DNA of 64,000 bases from contig CAWCNS010000012.1 of the NCBI GenBank assembly GCA_963796965.1, positions 32,001-96,000 of the forward strand, in the 5' to 3' direction. Of the stretch, positions 11,582-22,863 are shown one piece after another (the stretch's first letter is position 1; each line of letters opens with the position of its first letter). The notes beneath the pieces are model-generated. The model searched no databases. It was given only the letters and a program-made list of their open reading frames with translations, and was not told the origin of the DNA. A program made the translations under genes and the position numbers. The stretch is from Calditrichia bacterium. GTDB lineage: Bacteria; Calditrichota; Calditrichia; JAJRVZ01.

Positions 11582-12050
11582 TATTATCCCACTGTTCAGG
11601 AAAATTACGATGCACATCAATCTGGCAGCACTTTTACCTATATTCAGACGCATCGCAATGCGCCTCTAACCCGATTACAACCCTCTAATCTCTCTTCTCT
11701 CCTCTGTCTTCTTACTCTTTACCCTCCACTCTCTACCCCCTACTCTCTACCTCTACCGCTCTTCACCCTCCACTCTCCACGCTCTACTACTATCCCTTCT
11801 CTCTTCTCTCCTCTGTCTTCTTACTCATTACCCTCTACTCTCCACTCTCCACTCTATACTCTCTACCAACAACACTCCTCTCTCTTCGCTTCCCGTTTCC
11901 CGCTCTTCACGATTCTTTTCAAGCGAATAATAAAATCTGATATTCATCTCTTAAAATATAGAAAGATCCTTTCAGGATGACTGATAAAAAGTTTGTTTTG
12001 TTTCGTTGCGTCGCAGCGGCGCTGCGTGAGACACGAATTTTTCCAGTTAC

Positions 12051-13442
12051 CTATGTGACATCCTGGTGACTCGACAACCGCTTTCCCATCCATCCTTTTG
12101 CCAATAGTAAGGAGATAGGTGTAATAATAGCGATACAGCCGTAGATAAACCAGAGCGTTTCGGTATTTAGCTGGTCCGGAGAGATGCCTGCCGGGGCAAA
12201 ATTCATCAAAAACCATCCCGAATATAAACTGGTTATAAACTTTGTCATAAACCAGGGGAACTGTCCAATACCCATATAAATACCAGTCATATTCTTCGGG
12301 GCGATTTCTGCGATCCAGGCTAAAAATCGGGGTTGCCACATCGCCTCACCAATGGTCATAATGATGAGATAGCCGAAAACGTTAGGTAATGTCGGGCCTA
12401 ACGCTAAAATAAAGGTAGGCGCGGCCATGACAAAGGTCCCGATAATCATCATTTTGTATGTATCTTTTTTTAAGGTCAATGCCGTAATAATTGGCGCCAA
12501 AATAAAAATTAAGATCGGATTAAAATTGACAAAAAATTCAAAGTTTTCGCTTACGACACCGGTAAAAGCGCGGCTGAAATATTGGGGTAGGGTTAACCAG
12601 TTATGAGCGAATAGGGTTTGTACTGGAATGAGAATAAAAATAAAAAACATAAAGCGTCCATCTTTAAGGGGAATATTGCGCATATAATATTTTACCCGTT
12701 CAACAAACTCGGTAGGCTCTTCTTCGGCTGGTACTTCAGGCTCTGGTTCAGGCTCTGTCTGCGCTGCTACCCGTTCTAAGGCAAGTTCAACGGTCTTTTT
12801 TGAGAGTATCACAGCAACCACAATAATACCCACTACCGTCAATGCAACATATACCCAGAACACACCAAGAATACCAAAGCTATGTCGGATTGGCGGAGAA
12901 ATTATACCAGGTAAGAATCCACCTAAATTCATTAATGCATAAAGCATGGCATAACCCATCGCTGCATTTTCCTTGGTAGTAAATTTCCGGATGGCAGCAT
13001 AACAGGCAGGTTGATAAATACCAAGTCCGAGAACGATGCCAACAATACCTAAAATGGTAACAAGATGGGCCGGATTCCAAAGACCTGCACCTCCTACAGT
13101 CGGGGCAATGCTTAGAAAAATTCTACCAAAAAGAAATAAAAATAGAGATATGAGAAGGGCCTTCCTAACGCCAATCCAGTCCACGGTTGCTCCCAGAAAG
13201 AGCATAGCCAGGGTAATACCCCAGGTGAGAATACCCACCATAATCCCTGCCTCAATATCATTTAAACCGATATACTCATTATAATAAATGGCTAACAAAC
13301 CCAGGACGCCAAAATAGGTGAGACCTTCAATCAGGTAAGATAGATTAATACCCCATAAGGCACGCGGTGCCTTAATCAGGTTAATAAAAGGATCAATAAT
13401 TTCCTGTAACGGACTCTTCTGTTGTTCTTGTGTTTTTTCCAA
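12051..13442 (-). CDS. MFS transporter, POT/PTR-like
   Basis: ~12 TM segments, GATVDWIGVRK (motif A), degenerate ExxERFxYYG (YLIEGLTYFG), YALMNLGG. Confidence 0.8.
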   Translation of the reverse strand: MEKTQEQQKSPLQEIIDPFINLIKAPRALWGINLSYLIEGLTYFGVLGLLAIYYNEYIGLNDIEAGIMVGILTWGITLAMLFLGATVDWIGVRKALLISLFLFLFGRIFLSIAPTVGGAGLWNPAHLVTILGIVGIVLGLGIYQPACYAAIRKFTTKENAAMGYAMLYALMNLGGFLPGIISPPIRHSFGILGVFWVYVALTVVGIIVVAVILSKKTVELALERVAAQTEPEPEPEVPAEEEPTEFVERVKYYMRNIPLKDGRFMFFIFILIPVQTLFAHNWLTLPQYFSRAFTGVVSENFEFFVNFNPILIFILAPIITALTLKKDTYKMMIIGTFVMAAPTFILALGPTLPNVFGYLIIMTIGEAMWQPRFLAWIAEIAPKNMTGIYMGIGQFPWFMTKFITSLYSGWFLMNFAPAGISPDQLNTETLWFIYGCIAIITPISLLLAKGWMGKRLSSHQDVT

Positions 13443-13614
13443 TTTGATTTCCTCGTTATTTTATCACAACCGCATTAAGTGTGTGGAGTGATAGGTTCTT
13501 ATATTATTTATAAAGATTCTAAAAAAATGTAGAGACATCCCGGTGGGAGGTCTAATGATAGGTCGCATTTTTCAATTGTGATGAGACAATGAACCAGGTT
13601 CAGTGTGACCCAAT

Positions 13615-13641
13615 TGTCATCCCGAACTTGGTTCGGGATCT
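13615..13641 (+). repeat. GTCAT-led REP-like palindrome; inverted relative near 37302-37324
   Basis: tgtcatcccgaacttggttcgggatct. Confidence 0.65.
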
Positions 13642-14198
13642 AAACCGTGTTTGCTTAAGTGTAAAAGTTAAATTATTGCAATATTACGGGCAAATTTATT
13701 TATTTGAAGAGACGTAGCGTCGGTAGAAAATCCCGTTCATCGGGAGATGGCATTTAATTTTGATTATTTACCTAATATCATGAATGTCCGGTTTAAAAGA
13801 AGAATCAATATTTTAACAAAAATCCTCATTTAAAAATCCCTTCTCTTCTTCATGAGAAGGGGCTCCTTAAAGTCCCTCTCTTTTCATCCCGTCCCGGAAC
13901 GGGATCGCGTCTCGGGAAAGGAATCTTCGGGAAGGGTGAGTTCTTTAAATCAAGTCCCCATGTTGGGAAATCTATTAATCCATTGGATATCTCGTTGTTT
14001 ATAATTACATATCTAAATCTTAGCCGGATACTTATGACCTAATATCATGAATGTCCTGCTAATAAAATATTGTTGATACGGTAAAAAATCTTTAAAATAA
14101 CATCGTACCAAAGTATCGATGATCCACTTGCCTTGTTGAAATGGCATAATGTAAATGTAGAAATAATTATGCGACCGGCTGGAAAGGTAAAAAAAAAT

Positions 14199-16607
14199 AT
14201 GAATTCATTATTTTTCAGATCACGTAAATGTAACGGCGCAATTAAGAGATTGTGTGAGAATAAAAAATCAACCACGGACTTACACGGAATAGCACGGATC
14301 TATAATCGTTTAGTTGAGGAATGCGCAGTATTGTTAAAAAATATTTTACTCTTTTATAAAAACTCTGTGAAACTCCGTGTATCTCCGTGGTTAAAATGCT
14401 TTTTTACACAGCCTCTTAACCGCGTTGCTACATTTACCACATCCTCATCTTTTGTTTTCCTCTTCTTAATCTCAATCTTGTTGGAGAACGGAATAGCCCA
14501 ATTGGAAACTTCCCAACACTTAAAGGAAAAGACATGTTTTCAGACAGCTGCTCCCTGGAAGGCTGAATATGATGTGCGTGCTGATATAGCTATTGTGTAT
14601 GGCATGACGGATACCTTTACTGAAAGGGTGCGTCACTGGAAAGATCGGGGTTATGGTATTCATTTTATGACCGGAATCGCCTGGGGCAGCTACCAGGATT
14701 ATTTTACTGGTAAATTTGATGGTCAAACCCATATGGAAGATGGACAGGTGGATAGAGATGGAAATACTATCTGGCATCATCCGGATGTTCCTTATGTCGT
14801 TCCTTCCAAACCCTATCTCATTTATATCAAATCTCTGGTTAAAAAGGCAATTGACGGTGGTGTGGCCGCGATTCATCTGGAGGAACCCGAATTCTGGGCC
14901 CGTGCCGGTTACAGCGCGTCATTTAAAAACGAATGGCAGCGGTTTTACAATTCTCCATGGATGCCGCAACACCAATCACCGGAAGCAACCTATCTTTCCT
15001 CAAAACTTAAATATAATCTCTATTTCGAAGCGCTGAAAGAGGTCTTTTTGTATGCAAAGAATTACAGCGAAAGTCAGGGGAAACGGGTGAAAGCATATGT
15101 ACCGACCCATTCACTCATAAACTATTCTGCCTGGCGCATTGTCAGCCCTGAGGCAAGCCTGGCGGCTCTTCCCGGTATGGATGGATATATTGCCCAGGTA
15201 TGGACAGGCACCTCTCGCACACCCACTTATTTTAATGGTGTGATCAAAGAACGGGTATTCGAAAATGCCTATCTGGAATACGGTTCAATGATATCGATGA
15301 CGGAGCCAACGGGGCGCAAAATGTTTTTTCTTACTGATCCGGTTGAAGACCGTGCACGAACCTGGGAGGACTATAAAAGAAATTATCAGGCCACCTTTAT
15401 TGCCCAGTTAATGTATCCCATGGTTGATAACTACGAAGTTATGCCCTGGCCAACCAGAATCTATCTGGGAAAATTTAAAATGGAAAACAATGAAGAAAAA
15501 CAGGGCATCTCAAGACCCTACGCTACACAGATGCAGGTCATGATTAATTCATTAAACACGATGCCTCCGTCAGAGACAACAATCAACGGTACGCAGGGTA
15601 TAGGCGTTCTTTTATCAAACTCGATGATGTTTCAACGATTTCCCACCCATAAAGAATATGAGGATCCCCGTCTTTCCAATTTTTATGGAATGGTCATGCC
15701 CCTGATAAAAAGAGGTGTGCCCGTAAAAACAGTACATATGGAAAATCTTCATTTTACTACCTCCCTAAAAGGTATCAAAGTTCTGATAATGAGTTATGCG
15801 AATATGAAGCCGCTTTCCGCTGGATATCATTTAAAACTTGCTGAATGGGTGGAGAGTGGCGGTGTATTAATTTATTATGGACGTGATAATGACCCATTCC
15901 AGGAGGTCAGGGAATGGTGGAATAGCGATGGGAATTACTACAAGGCGCCGTCTGACCACCTATTTGAACAGATGACTATTAAACCGATGGAGGGGCAGCA
16001 AAATTACTCTTATGGTAAGGGTAGGGTTTATATTCTCCGTCAGGATCCCAAGGAGTTAATTTTGCAGTCCGGTAAGGATTTAGCGTTTATCAATCTGGTA
16101 AAACAGGCTTATGAAACAGATGCCTCGGCCGGTCAAATAGAATTTAAAAATAATTTTTACCTCCGGCGCGGACCCTATGATATTATTGCAGTCCTTGATG
16201 AATCAGACAACGCAGGCCCCTTGGAGATCAAAGGACCGGTGATCGATCTCTTTGATCCGGAATTACCGGTATTGACAAAGAAAACCGTTCAACCGGGAGA
16301 ACAAGCGTATCTCTACAATCTGAAAAGAGTCTCAAATAGCAAAATTCCGAAAGTTCTCTGCGCTGCCTCCAGGACCTACGAAGAAAGTATCAGCGAGAAG
16401 GGGTTTTCTTTTATCAGCAAAAGCCCCTCAGGAACCTGGAATGTTATGCGGATTTTATTGCCTGTAAAACCCAAGAAAGTTAGTATAACCGACCATCAAA
16501 TGAAAAATGAAGAGCAGGTGAGTATGGAATGGGATGAACAATCCAGCACCTGCTTGATCAAATTTGAAAACAGCAGTGAAGGGCATCGGGTGGATATTGA
16601 GTGGTGA
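14199..16607 (+). CDS. Secreted uncharacterised protein, possibly glycoside-hydrolase-like; contains an in-frame 58-codon insertion
   Basis: Long ORF; ggaaaggt SD before ATG 14199; hydrophobic signal segment; HLEEPEFW motif; function inferred only. Confidence 0.6.
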   Translation: MNSLFFRSRKCNGAIKRLCENKKSTTDLHGIARIYNRLVEECAVLLKNILLFYKNSVKLRVSPWLKCFFTQPLNRVATFTTSSSFVFLFLISILLENGIAQLETSQHLKEKTCFQTAAPWKAEYDVRADIAIVYGMTDTFTERVRHWKDRGYGIHFMTGIAWGSYQDYFTGKFDGQTHMEDGQVDRDGNTIWHHPDVPYVVPSKPYLIYIKSLVKKAIDGGVAAIHLEEPEFWARAGYSASFKNEWQRFYNSPWMPQHQSPEATYLSSKLKYNLYFEALKEVFLYAKNYSESQGKRVKAYVPTHSLINYSAWRIVSPEASLAALPGMDGYIAQVWTGTSRTPTYFNGVIKERVFENAYLEYGSMISMTEPTGRKMFFLTDPVEDRARTWEDYKRNYQATFIAQLMYPMVDNYEVMPWPTRIYLGKFKMENNEEKQGISRPYATQMQVMINSLNTMPPSETTINGTQGIGVLLSNSMMFQRFPTHKEYEDPRLSNFYGMVMPLIKRGVPVKTVHMENLHFTTSLKGIKVLIMSYANMKPLSAGYHLKLAEWVESGGVLIYYGRDNDPFQEVREWWNSDGNYYKAPSDHLFEQMTIKPMEGQQNYSYGKGRVYILRQDPKELILQSGKDLAFINLVKQAYETDASAGQIEFKNNFYLRRGPYDIIAVLDESDNAGPLEIKGPVIDLFDPELPVLTKKTVQPGEQAYLYNLKRVSNSKIPKVLCAASRTYEESISEKGFSFISKSPSGTWNVMRILLPVKPKKVSITDHQMKNEEQVSMEWDEQSSTCLIKFENSSEGHRVDIEW
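14246..14415. mobile_element. 170-bp MITE-like element with imperfect TIRs and a TTAA target duplication
   Basis: TTAA 14242-45 | gagattgtgtga ... ttacacagcctc | TTAA 14416-19; internal inverted cacgga/tccgtg repeats. Confidence 0.7.
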
Positions 16608-16624
16608 GGGGCAAGATCATTAAT

Positions 16625-16653
16625 TTGACATTGAAATTTATGGGCATTAAATT
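16625..16653 (+). promoter_or_regulatory. Sigma70-type promoter of the tRNA gene
   Basis: TTGACA-N17-TAAATT, 14 nt before the tRNA. Confidence 0.75.
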
Positions 16654-16667
16654 TCAAAACTGTTATC

Positions 16668-16743
<76 letters not shown>

Positions 16744-16744
16744 T

Positions 16745-16785
16745 AAGTCCTCATGATATTCTAATCATGAGGACTTTTCTTTTTT
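16745..16785 (+). terminator. Intrinsic terminator after the tRNA
   Basis: aagtcctcatgat-N6-atcatgaggactt plus T-run. Confidence 0.85.
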
Positions 16786-16980
16786 ATATTGATTTTAATA
16801 TTTTTTTTCAAAAATATCGTTTATCTTCTTTCTACTCTCTACTCTCTACTCTCTACTCTCCACTCTCCACCCTCCACCCTCCACCCTCTACCCTCTACCA
16901 AGTACCTCTGTCAGTAAACAATCCGATATATATTCATCCAATTCTGTGACTCTGGGAATAATAAAATTTTATTTTGGGTT

Positions 16981-17005
16981 AAATAGGACTAAATTAGTCG
17001 TATTT
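16981..17005. promoter_or_regulatory. Rrf2/IscR type-1-like operator
   Basis: aaatagGACTAAATTAGTCgtattt palindrome matches the GACTRWWWYAGTC core; 12 nt upstream of the Rrf2 ATG. Confidence 0.7.
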
Positions 17006-17017
17006 AGGCAAAGTGAT

Positions 17018-17458
17018 ATGATAAGAATCAGTAAAAAAACAGAATATGCGATCATTGCGCTGGTCGACATGGCCTCAAATGAGAGCGAAAGCCTTGTGAC
17101 AGCTAAGGATCTTTCTGATCGATATAATATCCCACGCGAGATTCTGGGGAAGGTTTTGCAGAACCTGACTAAAAGCAATCTGATTGATTCGCAGCTGGGA
17201 GTAAAAGGGGGGTATCAACTACTGGTACCACTCGATTCAATAAATATAAATAGGGTCATTGAAAGTGTCGATGGTCCAATAAAACTTGTTGACTGTACGG
17301 ATGAAGACAGAGCCAATTGCGGTCAGATTGAATATTGTAATATCAAAAATCCTATGGAATTTATACAAACGGAATTAATCCGCTTTTTTGATGGTATAAC
17401 CCTGCAGGATTTTAAAAACCAGCATGCGGATCTGATTCCGCTTATTGATTTGAAATGA
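17018..17458 (+). CDS. Rrf2-family (IscR-like) transcriptional regulator
   Basis: SKKTEYA, GVKGGYQL, three Cys; heads the suf operon. Confidence 0.9.
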   Translation: MIRISKKTEYAIIALVDMASNESESLVTAKDLSDRYNIPREILGKVLQNLTKSNLIDSQLGVKGGYQLLVPLDSININRVIESVDGPIKLVDCTDEDRANCGQIEYCNIKNPMEFIQTELIRFFDGITLQDFKNQHADLIPLIDLK

Positions 17459-17724
17459 TATGAAATGTCAAACGTCAAACGGCAGACGTCAAACGTGAGA
17501 CGTGAAAGGTGAATTATAGTGGTATTGTAGGGTGGGCCTTGTCCAAGAGGGTGGAGCCTTGTGAATTAAAAAGAGGAGAGAAGACTTTCTCGTTAAGGAA
17601 CAAAATAAGAAAATAAATTCGTGAAATTAGGTTTTTAATTTGTGCAATTTGTGGAAAAAAACTTTGCACTATTTGCGCCTTCTTAGCGTCTTTGCGGTTA
17701 AAAATAGTTATACCAGGAAATATT

Positions 17725-19170
17725 ATGACAGAAGAAAAAAGACAATTAGAAAAATTAGCAAATCAGGAATATAAGTATGGGTTTGTTACGGACATAGAAG
17801 CAGATGCGGTACCAAAAGGCCTGAATGAAGACATAATCCGCATAATATCGGAAAAGAAAAATGAACCGGATTTCATGCTGGAATGGCGCTTGAAAGCCTT
17901 TCGGTATTGGCAAAAAATGGATGAACCCCGTTGGCCAAATGTTAAATATGATCCGGTAGATTATCAGGACATTATCTATTATTCAGCCCCAAAGCAGAAA
18001 AAAACGCTGAATAGTCTGGATGAGGTGGATCCTGAACTCCTGAAAACTTATGAAAAATTAGGAATTCCACTGAATGAACAGAAATTGCTGGCCGGAGTCG
18101 CTGTTGATGCCGTTTTTGACAGTGTTTCAGTGGCAACTACTTTCAAAGGAAAATTATCAGAACTGGGAATTATATTTTCATCTTTTTCCGATGCTTTACA
18201 AAATCATCCTGATTTGGTAAAAAAATACCTGGGAACAGTTGTACCACATACAGATAACTTTTTTTCGGCTCTAAATTCAGCAGTTTTTACCGATGGCTCT
18301 TTTGTCTATATCCCAAAGGGCGTTCGCTGTCCCATGGAACTATCTACCTATTTTCGTATAAATGCAGCCAACACGGGTCAATTTGAACGTACCTTAATTG
18401 TCGCTGACGAGGGGAGTTATGTCAGTTATCTCGAGGGATGCACAGCCCCCATGCGCGATGAAAACCAACTCCATGCTGCTGTCGTGGAGTTAGTAGCCCT
18501 GGACAATGCACAAATAAAATATTCAACGGTACAGAATTGGTATCCCGGTGATAAAGAAGGTAAAGGGGGCATTTATAATTTTGTCACCAAGAGAGGCGCC
18601 TGCCGGGGTGTGAACTCAAAAATTTCATGGACACAGGTGGAAACGGGTTCGGCGATTACCTGGAAATATCCAAGTGTTTTGCTCCAGGGTGATAATTCTG
18701 TTGGTGAGTTTTACTCCGTCGCTTTGACGAATAACCACCAGCAGGCAGATACTGGCACAAAGATGATTCATCTGGGAAAAAATACGAGCAGTACAATCGT
18801 TTCCAAAGGAATTTCTGCGGGAAAGAGCCAAAATTCCTATCGCGGTCTGGTTAAGATAAATAAAAAAGCCAGCAATGCCCGAAATTATTCTCAATGTGAT
18901 TCCCTCTTATTAGGTGATAAATGTGGGGCCCATACCTTTCCTTATATTGAAGTCAATAACACGTCAGCAAAGGTTGAACATGAAGCAACGACATCTAAAA
19001 TTGAAGAAGATCAGATATTCTATTGTAATCAAAGGGGACTTTCAACCGAAGATGCGGTTAATATGATTGTAAATGGGTATTGTAAAGAGGTCTTCCGGGA
19101 ATTACCCATGGAATTTGCTGTTGAAGCCCAAAACTTGTTAGCCATCAGTCTAGAGGGTAGTGTTGGATAA
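17725..19170 (+). CDS. sufB: Fe-S cluster assembly protein SufB
   Basis: [41 protein letters not shown]. Confidence 0.97.
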   Translation: MTEEKRQLEKLANQEYKYGFVTDIEADAVPKGLNEDIIRIISEKKNEPDFMLEWRLKAFRYWQKMDEPRWPNVKYDPVDYQDIIYYSAPKQKKTLNSLDEVDPELLKTYEKLGIPLNEQKLLAGVAVDAVFDSVSVATTFKGKLSELGIIFSSFSDALQNHPDLVKKYLGTVVPHTDNFFSALNSAVFTDGSFVYIPKGVRCPMELSTYFRINAANTGQFERTLIVADEGSYVSYLEGCTAPMRDENQLHAAVVELVALDNAQIKYSTVQNWYPGDKEGKGGIYNFVTKRGACRGVNSKISWTQVETGSAITWKYPSVLLQGDNSVGEFYSVALTNNHQQADTGTKMIHLGKNTSSTIVSKGISAGKSQNSYRGLVKINKKASNARNYSQCDSLLLGDKCGAHTFPYIEVNNTSAKVEHEATTSKIEEDQIFYCNQRGLSTEDAVNMIVNGYCKEVFRELPMEFAVEAQNLLAISLEGSVG

Positions 19171-19330
19171 TTAAAGAACGTTGCGCGTAGAGAGTAGAGC
19201 GTTGAGGGTAGCGACGCAAGGCATGCGTCGTCAGAAGAGAGAAGAGAATATCATCGATCATGACATGTAAAGGCGCATGGCAATGCGCCTCAGCGTCATG
19301 AAGGTAAAAACTTAAAAATAGAGGATATAA

Positions 19331-20089
19331 ATGTTAGAAATAAAAAATTTACACGCATCCGTTGCCGGAAATGAAATTCTTAAAGGAATAGATCTTTCTA
19401 TAAATCCGGGTGAGATTCATGCCATCATGGGACCTAATGGTTCAGGAAAAAGTACCCTGGCCCATGTGCTCTCAGGGAAAGAAGGCTATGAAATTACTAA
19501 AGGTTCAATCATCTATCAGGGAAAAGATCTGATCGAAATGGCGCCAGAAGAACGAGCCTGTGAAGGTGTGTTTCTCGCTTTTCAGTATCCCGTGGAAATT
19601 CCCGGTATCTCCAATACATACTTCCTGAAAACAGGTTTAAACGAGAAGAGAAAATACCTTGGTCTTCCTGAAATTGACGCTTATGATTTCTTAGATTTAG
19701 TAAAGGAAAAGGCGAAGTTAGTGGAAATTGATGAAAAATTGCTCAAGCGTCCTGTTAATGTAGGTTTCTCCGGTGGTGAAAAAAAGCGTAATGAAATATT
19801 TCAAATGGCTGTCCTGGATCCAACACTTGCCATCCTCGACGAGACAGATTCCGGACTTGATATCGATGCCCTTCGTATCGTTGCCAACGGTGTTACAAAA
19901 CTAAAAAGTCCTGAAAAATCGTTTCTGGTGATCACTCATTATCAGAGATTATTACACTATATAGTACCCGATATTGTACACGTATTGTATGATGGACGCA
20001 TTATCAGGTCAGGTGATAAGGATCTGGCTCTTGAGCTGGAAGATAAAGGTTATGATTGGTTAATAAAAGAAGCAGAGCAGGCCGTCTGA
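19331..20089 (+). CDS. sufC: Fe-S assembly ATPase SufC
   Basis: GPNGSGKST, FSGGEKKR, LDETDSGLDIDAL, ITHYQR. Confidence 0.97.
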   Translation: MLEIKNLHASVAGNEILKGIDLSINPGEIHAIMGPNGSGKSTLAHVLSGKEGYEITKGSIIYQGKDLIEMAPEERACEGVFLAFQYPVEIPGISNTYFLKTGLNEKRKYLGLPEIDAYDFLDLVKEKAKLVEIDEKLLKRPVNVGFSGGEKKRNEIFQMAVLDPTLAILDETDSGLDIDALRIVANGVTKLKSPEKSFLVITHYQRLLHYIVPDIVHVLYDGRIIRSGDKDLALELEDKGYDWLIKEAEQAV

Positions 20090-21430
20090 TGAAAAAAATA
20101 TATGAAAAAGGAAATTCTGATTGGTATGCAGAAGTTTTCAAAATTTTTGAAAATGGTCTGAACGGTCAGTTAAAGACAGATTTCCATCAAACCCGTCAAA
20201 ATGCGATGGAAACATTCCGTCAATTGGGTTTTCCAACAACGAGACATGAAGAATGGAAATATACCAACTTATCTTCTCTTTTAAACCATAATTTTGAGAT
20301 TTCGAAAGTAGTTGATGAAGATAAACTACCATATAAAGATATTGATAAACATCTTTTTAATGATAGTGGATATCCGCTTCTGGTTTTTGTAAATGGATAT
20401 TTCATGCCAGCTTTATCAAATATTGAAAATCTCCCAGATGAAATTGAGGTAATGAGCCTTGAACAGGCCTTAAAAAGTAATCATCCCAGCCTGAGGGATC
20501 ATTATTCAAGATATGCGCTGACGGAAGCAGAAAGTTTTATTTCGCTCAATACAGCATTTGTACAGGATGGTACGCTAATCAATATTCCTGATAATATGAT
20601 CGCCGACCTCCCGATCCATTTGCTCTATCTCACGTTGCCTGAGGAAAAACCTTCTGTGAGTTTTACAAGAAATCTGATTGTCACAGGTAGCTCCAGCCAC
20701 GTGACTTTTGTTGAACACTTTTCCGCACTTTCTCCCGGGAATCTATTTTACAAATTCGGTAACAGAGATTTATGTGGGTGAAAACGCGCGTGTTGAGCGT
20801 ATAAAACTCCAAAACGAAAATGAAGAGGCTTTCCATATTTCCGCTCTAAATGTTTTGCAGGAGAGGGACAGTCGTTTTGTGGATCATAATCTAAATCTTG
20901 GATCCGGACTAAGCCGAAATAATATTTCAACGATTTTTAATGATCAGGGCGGATATTCTGTGCTTAACGGTCTCTACGCCGGCGACAACAATCAACTCAT
21001 GGATAATCACACCTCAATTGATCATGCTCATCCTCATTGTGAAAGTTTTGAATTGTATAAAGGTATCCTCGATAAAAAATCCAGAGGTGTGTTTAATGGT
21101 AAAATTTTTGTCCGTCCTGATGCGCAAAAAACCAATGCGATCCAGTCAAACAATTGTATATTGCTCTCCGATGAGGCAACCATCGACACAAAACCTCAGT
21201 TAGAGATTTTTGCCGACGATGTTAAATGTACACATGGCGCAACAATTGGACAGCTAGATGATGATGCCTATTTTTACATGCGCGCGCGCGGAATTAATAA
21301 AGAAAAGGCGAGAAAATTACTAATTTATGCCTTTGCCAGTGAAGTTATTGACAAAATTGAACATAATCTGATCCGAGAGAAAGTAACCAGCTTGTTTGAA
21401 GAGAAGTTGGTGCAGATTAAATTGGATTAA
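20089..21430 (+). CDS. sufD: SufD (frameshift near 20740)
   Basis: EEWKYT, FNGKIFV, KPQLEIFADDVKCTHGAT. Confidence 0.92.
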
Positions 21431-21588
21431 AGGGATTAAATAACGATGAGAAAAGAGAGAATAGAACGTTAACATAAGACAAGCAGAAGTTTAATAAGTA
21501 GGGGCGGGCCAGAAATAGGTGGCGTGCAATACGTTTTTTGATGAGAAAAAGAGAAGAGTAAATAGAGTTAAGAGGAGAGAATTGGCGA

Positions 21589-22041
21589 ATGGATGAACTA
21601 CGGGAACTGTATCAGGAAATCATTCTTGACCACAATAAGAATCCAAGAAACTTCAGGGAAATTGAAAACGCCGATCAGGTACAGGAAGGTTTGAATCCGC
21701 TCTGTGGAGATCATTATAAATTTTATCTGGTTTTTGAAGATGATAAAATTAAGGATATTGCCTTTAAGGGAGCGGGATGTGCCATTTCTAAAGCTTCAGC
21801 TTCATTGATGAGTTCATTGCTGATTGGCAAAACAAAAGATGAAGCAGAACATCTTTTTCAATTGTTTCATAAAGTGGTTACAGGTGAGCTAGATGCGGTT
21901 GAACACAGGGATGAATTAGGGAAATTAGCGGCATTTGCCGGCGTTGCCGAATTCCCCATGCGTGTAAAATGTGCTACCTTAGCCTGGCATACCATGCATT
22001 CAGCATTGCACGAGGAGGAAGGCGCTGCTTCCACTGAATAA
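21589..22041 (+). CDS. sufU: SufU scaffold/sulfur-transfer protein
   Basis: LYQEIILDH, NPLCGD, GCAIS, RVKCATL. Confidence 0.93.
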   Translation: MDELRELYQEIILDHNKNPRNFREIENADQVQEGLNPLCGDHYKFYLVFEDDKIKDIAFKGAGCAISKASASLMSSLLIGKTKDEAEHLFQLFHKVVTGELDAVEHRDELGKLAAFAGVAEFPMRVKCATLAWHTMHSALHEEEGAASTE

Positions 22042-22323
22042 AAGGGTGTTTTTTTAATTTAGTCCATGAATTCTGTGCATTTTTATTTCGTACTAAAAAA
22101 TGTCTTAGTTTTGATACTGAAACTTATGTTACATCTGTAAGCCCCGAATAAATATTAGAAGTTGAAATTTTTTTATAAAGATTTTATAGATTTGCGCATC
22201 TATTTGAATATCATAGTATTAATCATAAAATTATTAAAATAATTCGTGTAAATTTGTGAAATTCGTGGATGAAGATCTTTGCGCTGCTCCGCCGCTGCGT
22301 GAAACAGAATCTGAGAGGACAGT

Positions 22324-22638
22324 ATGATTGATCCAAAAGAACTAGAAGAAAAAGTAGTCAATATAATAAAAACCGTATTTGATCCGGAGATCCCGGTCAA
22401 TATATATGAATTGGGATTGATTTACCGGATTCGTATTGAACCTCCCGATCAGGTCTATGTTAAAATGACATTAACTTCACCTCAATGTCCCGCTGCTGAA
22501 TCATTGCCCTTTGAAGTTGAATCCAAAGTTAATGCCTTGGAAGAGGTTTCTTTTGTTAATGTGGAGATCGTCTGGGAACCGCAATGGACACCGGAAATGA
22601 TGAGCGAAGCAGCTAAACTTGAACTGGGTATGCTTTAA
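22324..22638 (+). CDS. sufT: DUF59/SufT Fe-S maturation protein
   Basis: DPEIPVNIYELGLIY, MTLTSPQCP, WTPEMMS. Confidence 0.88.
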   Translation: MIDPKELEEKVVNIIKTVFDPEIPVNIYELGLIYRIRIEPPDQVYVKMTLTSPQCPAAESLPFEVESKVNALEEVSFVNVEIVWEPQWTPEMMSEAAKLELGML

Positions 22639-22863
22639 ATTTTAACCACAGAGTTACCCCCGTAATACGGGGCAGACCAGAAAAATTTACAGAATTAATT
22701 CCTGGCTAAATTGAAATAATATAATAATAATCATTTTTTCTTCGGTGTCCTTCGGTGGTTAATAAACTTTTGTTTAAAGAGGAGCCAGAGTCTGTCAGGC
22801 CCGGAGGACATCATAGCCCCTCTGTGGTTATAATCCATTTTTTTCGAATAGAAGGATCAATAT

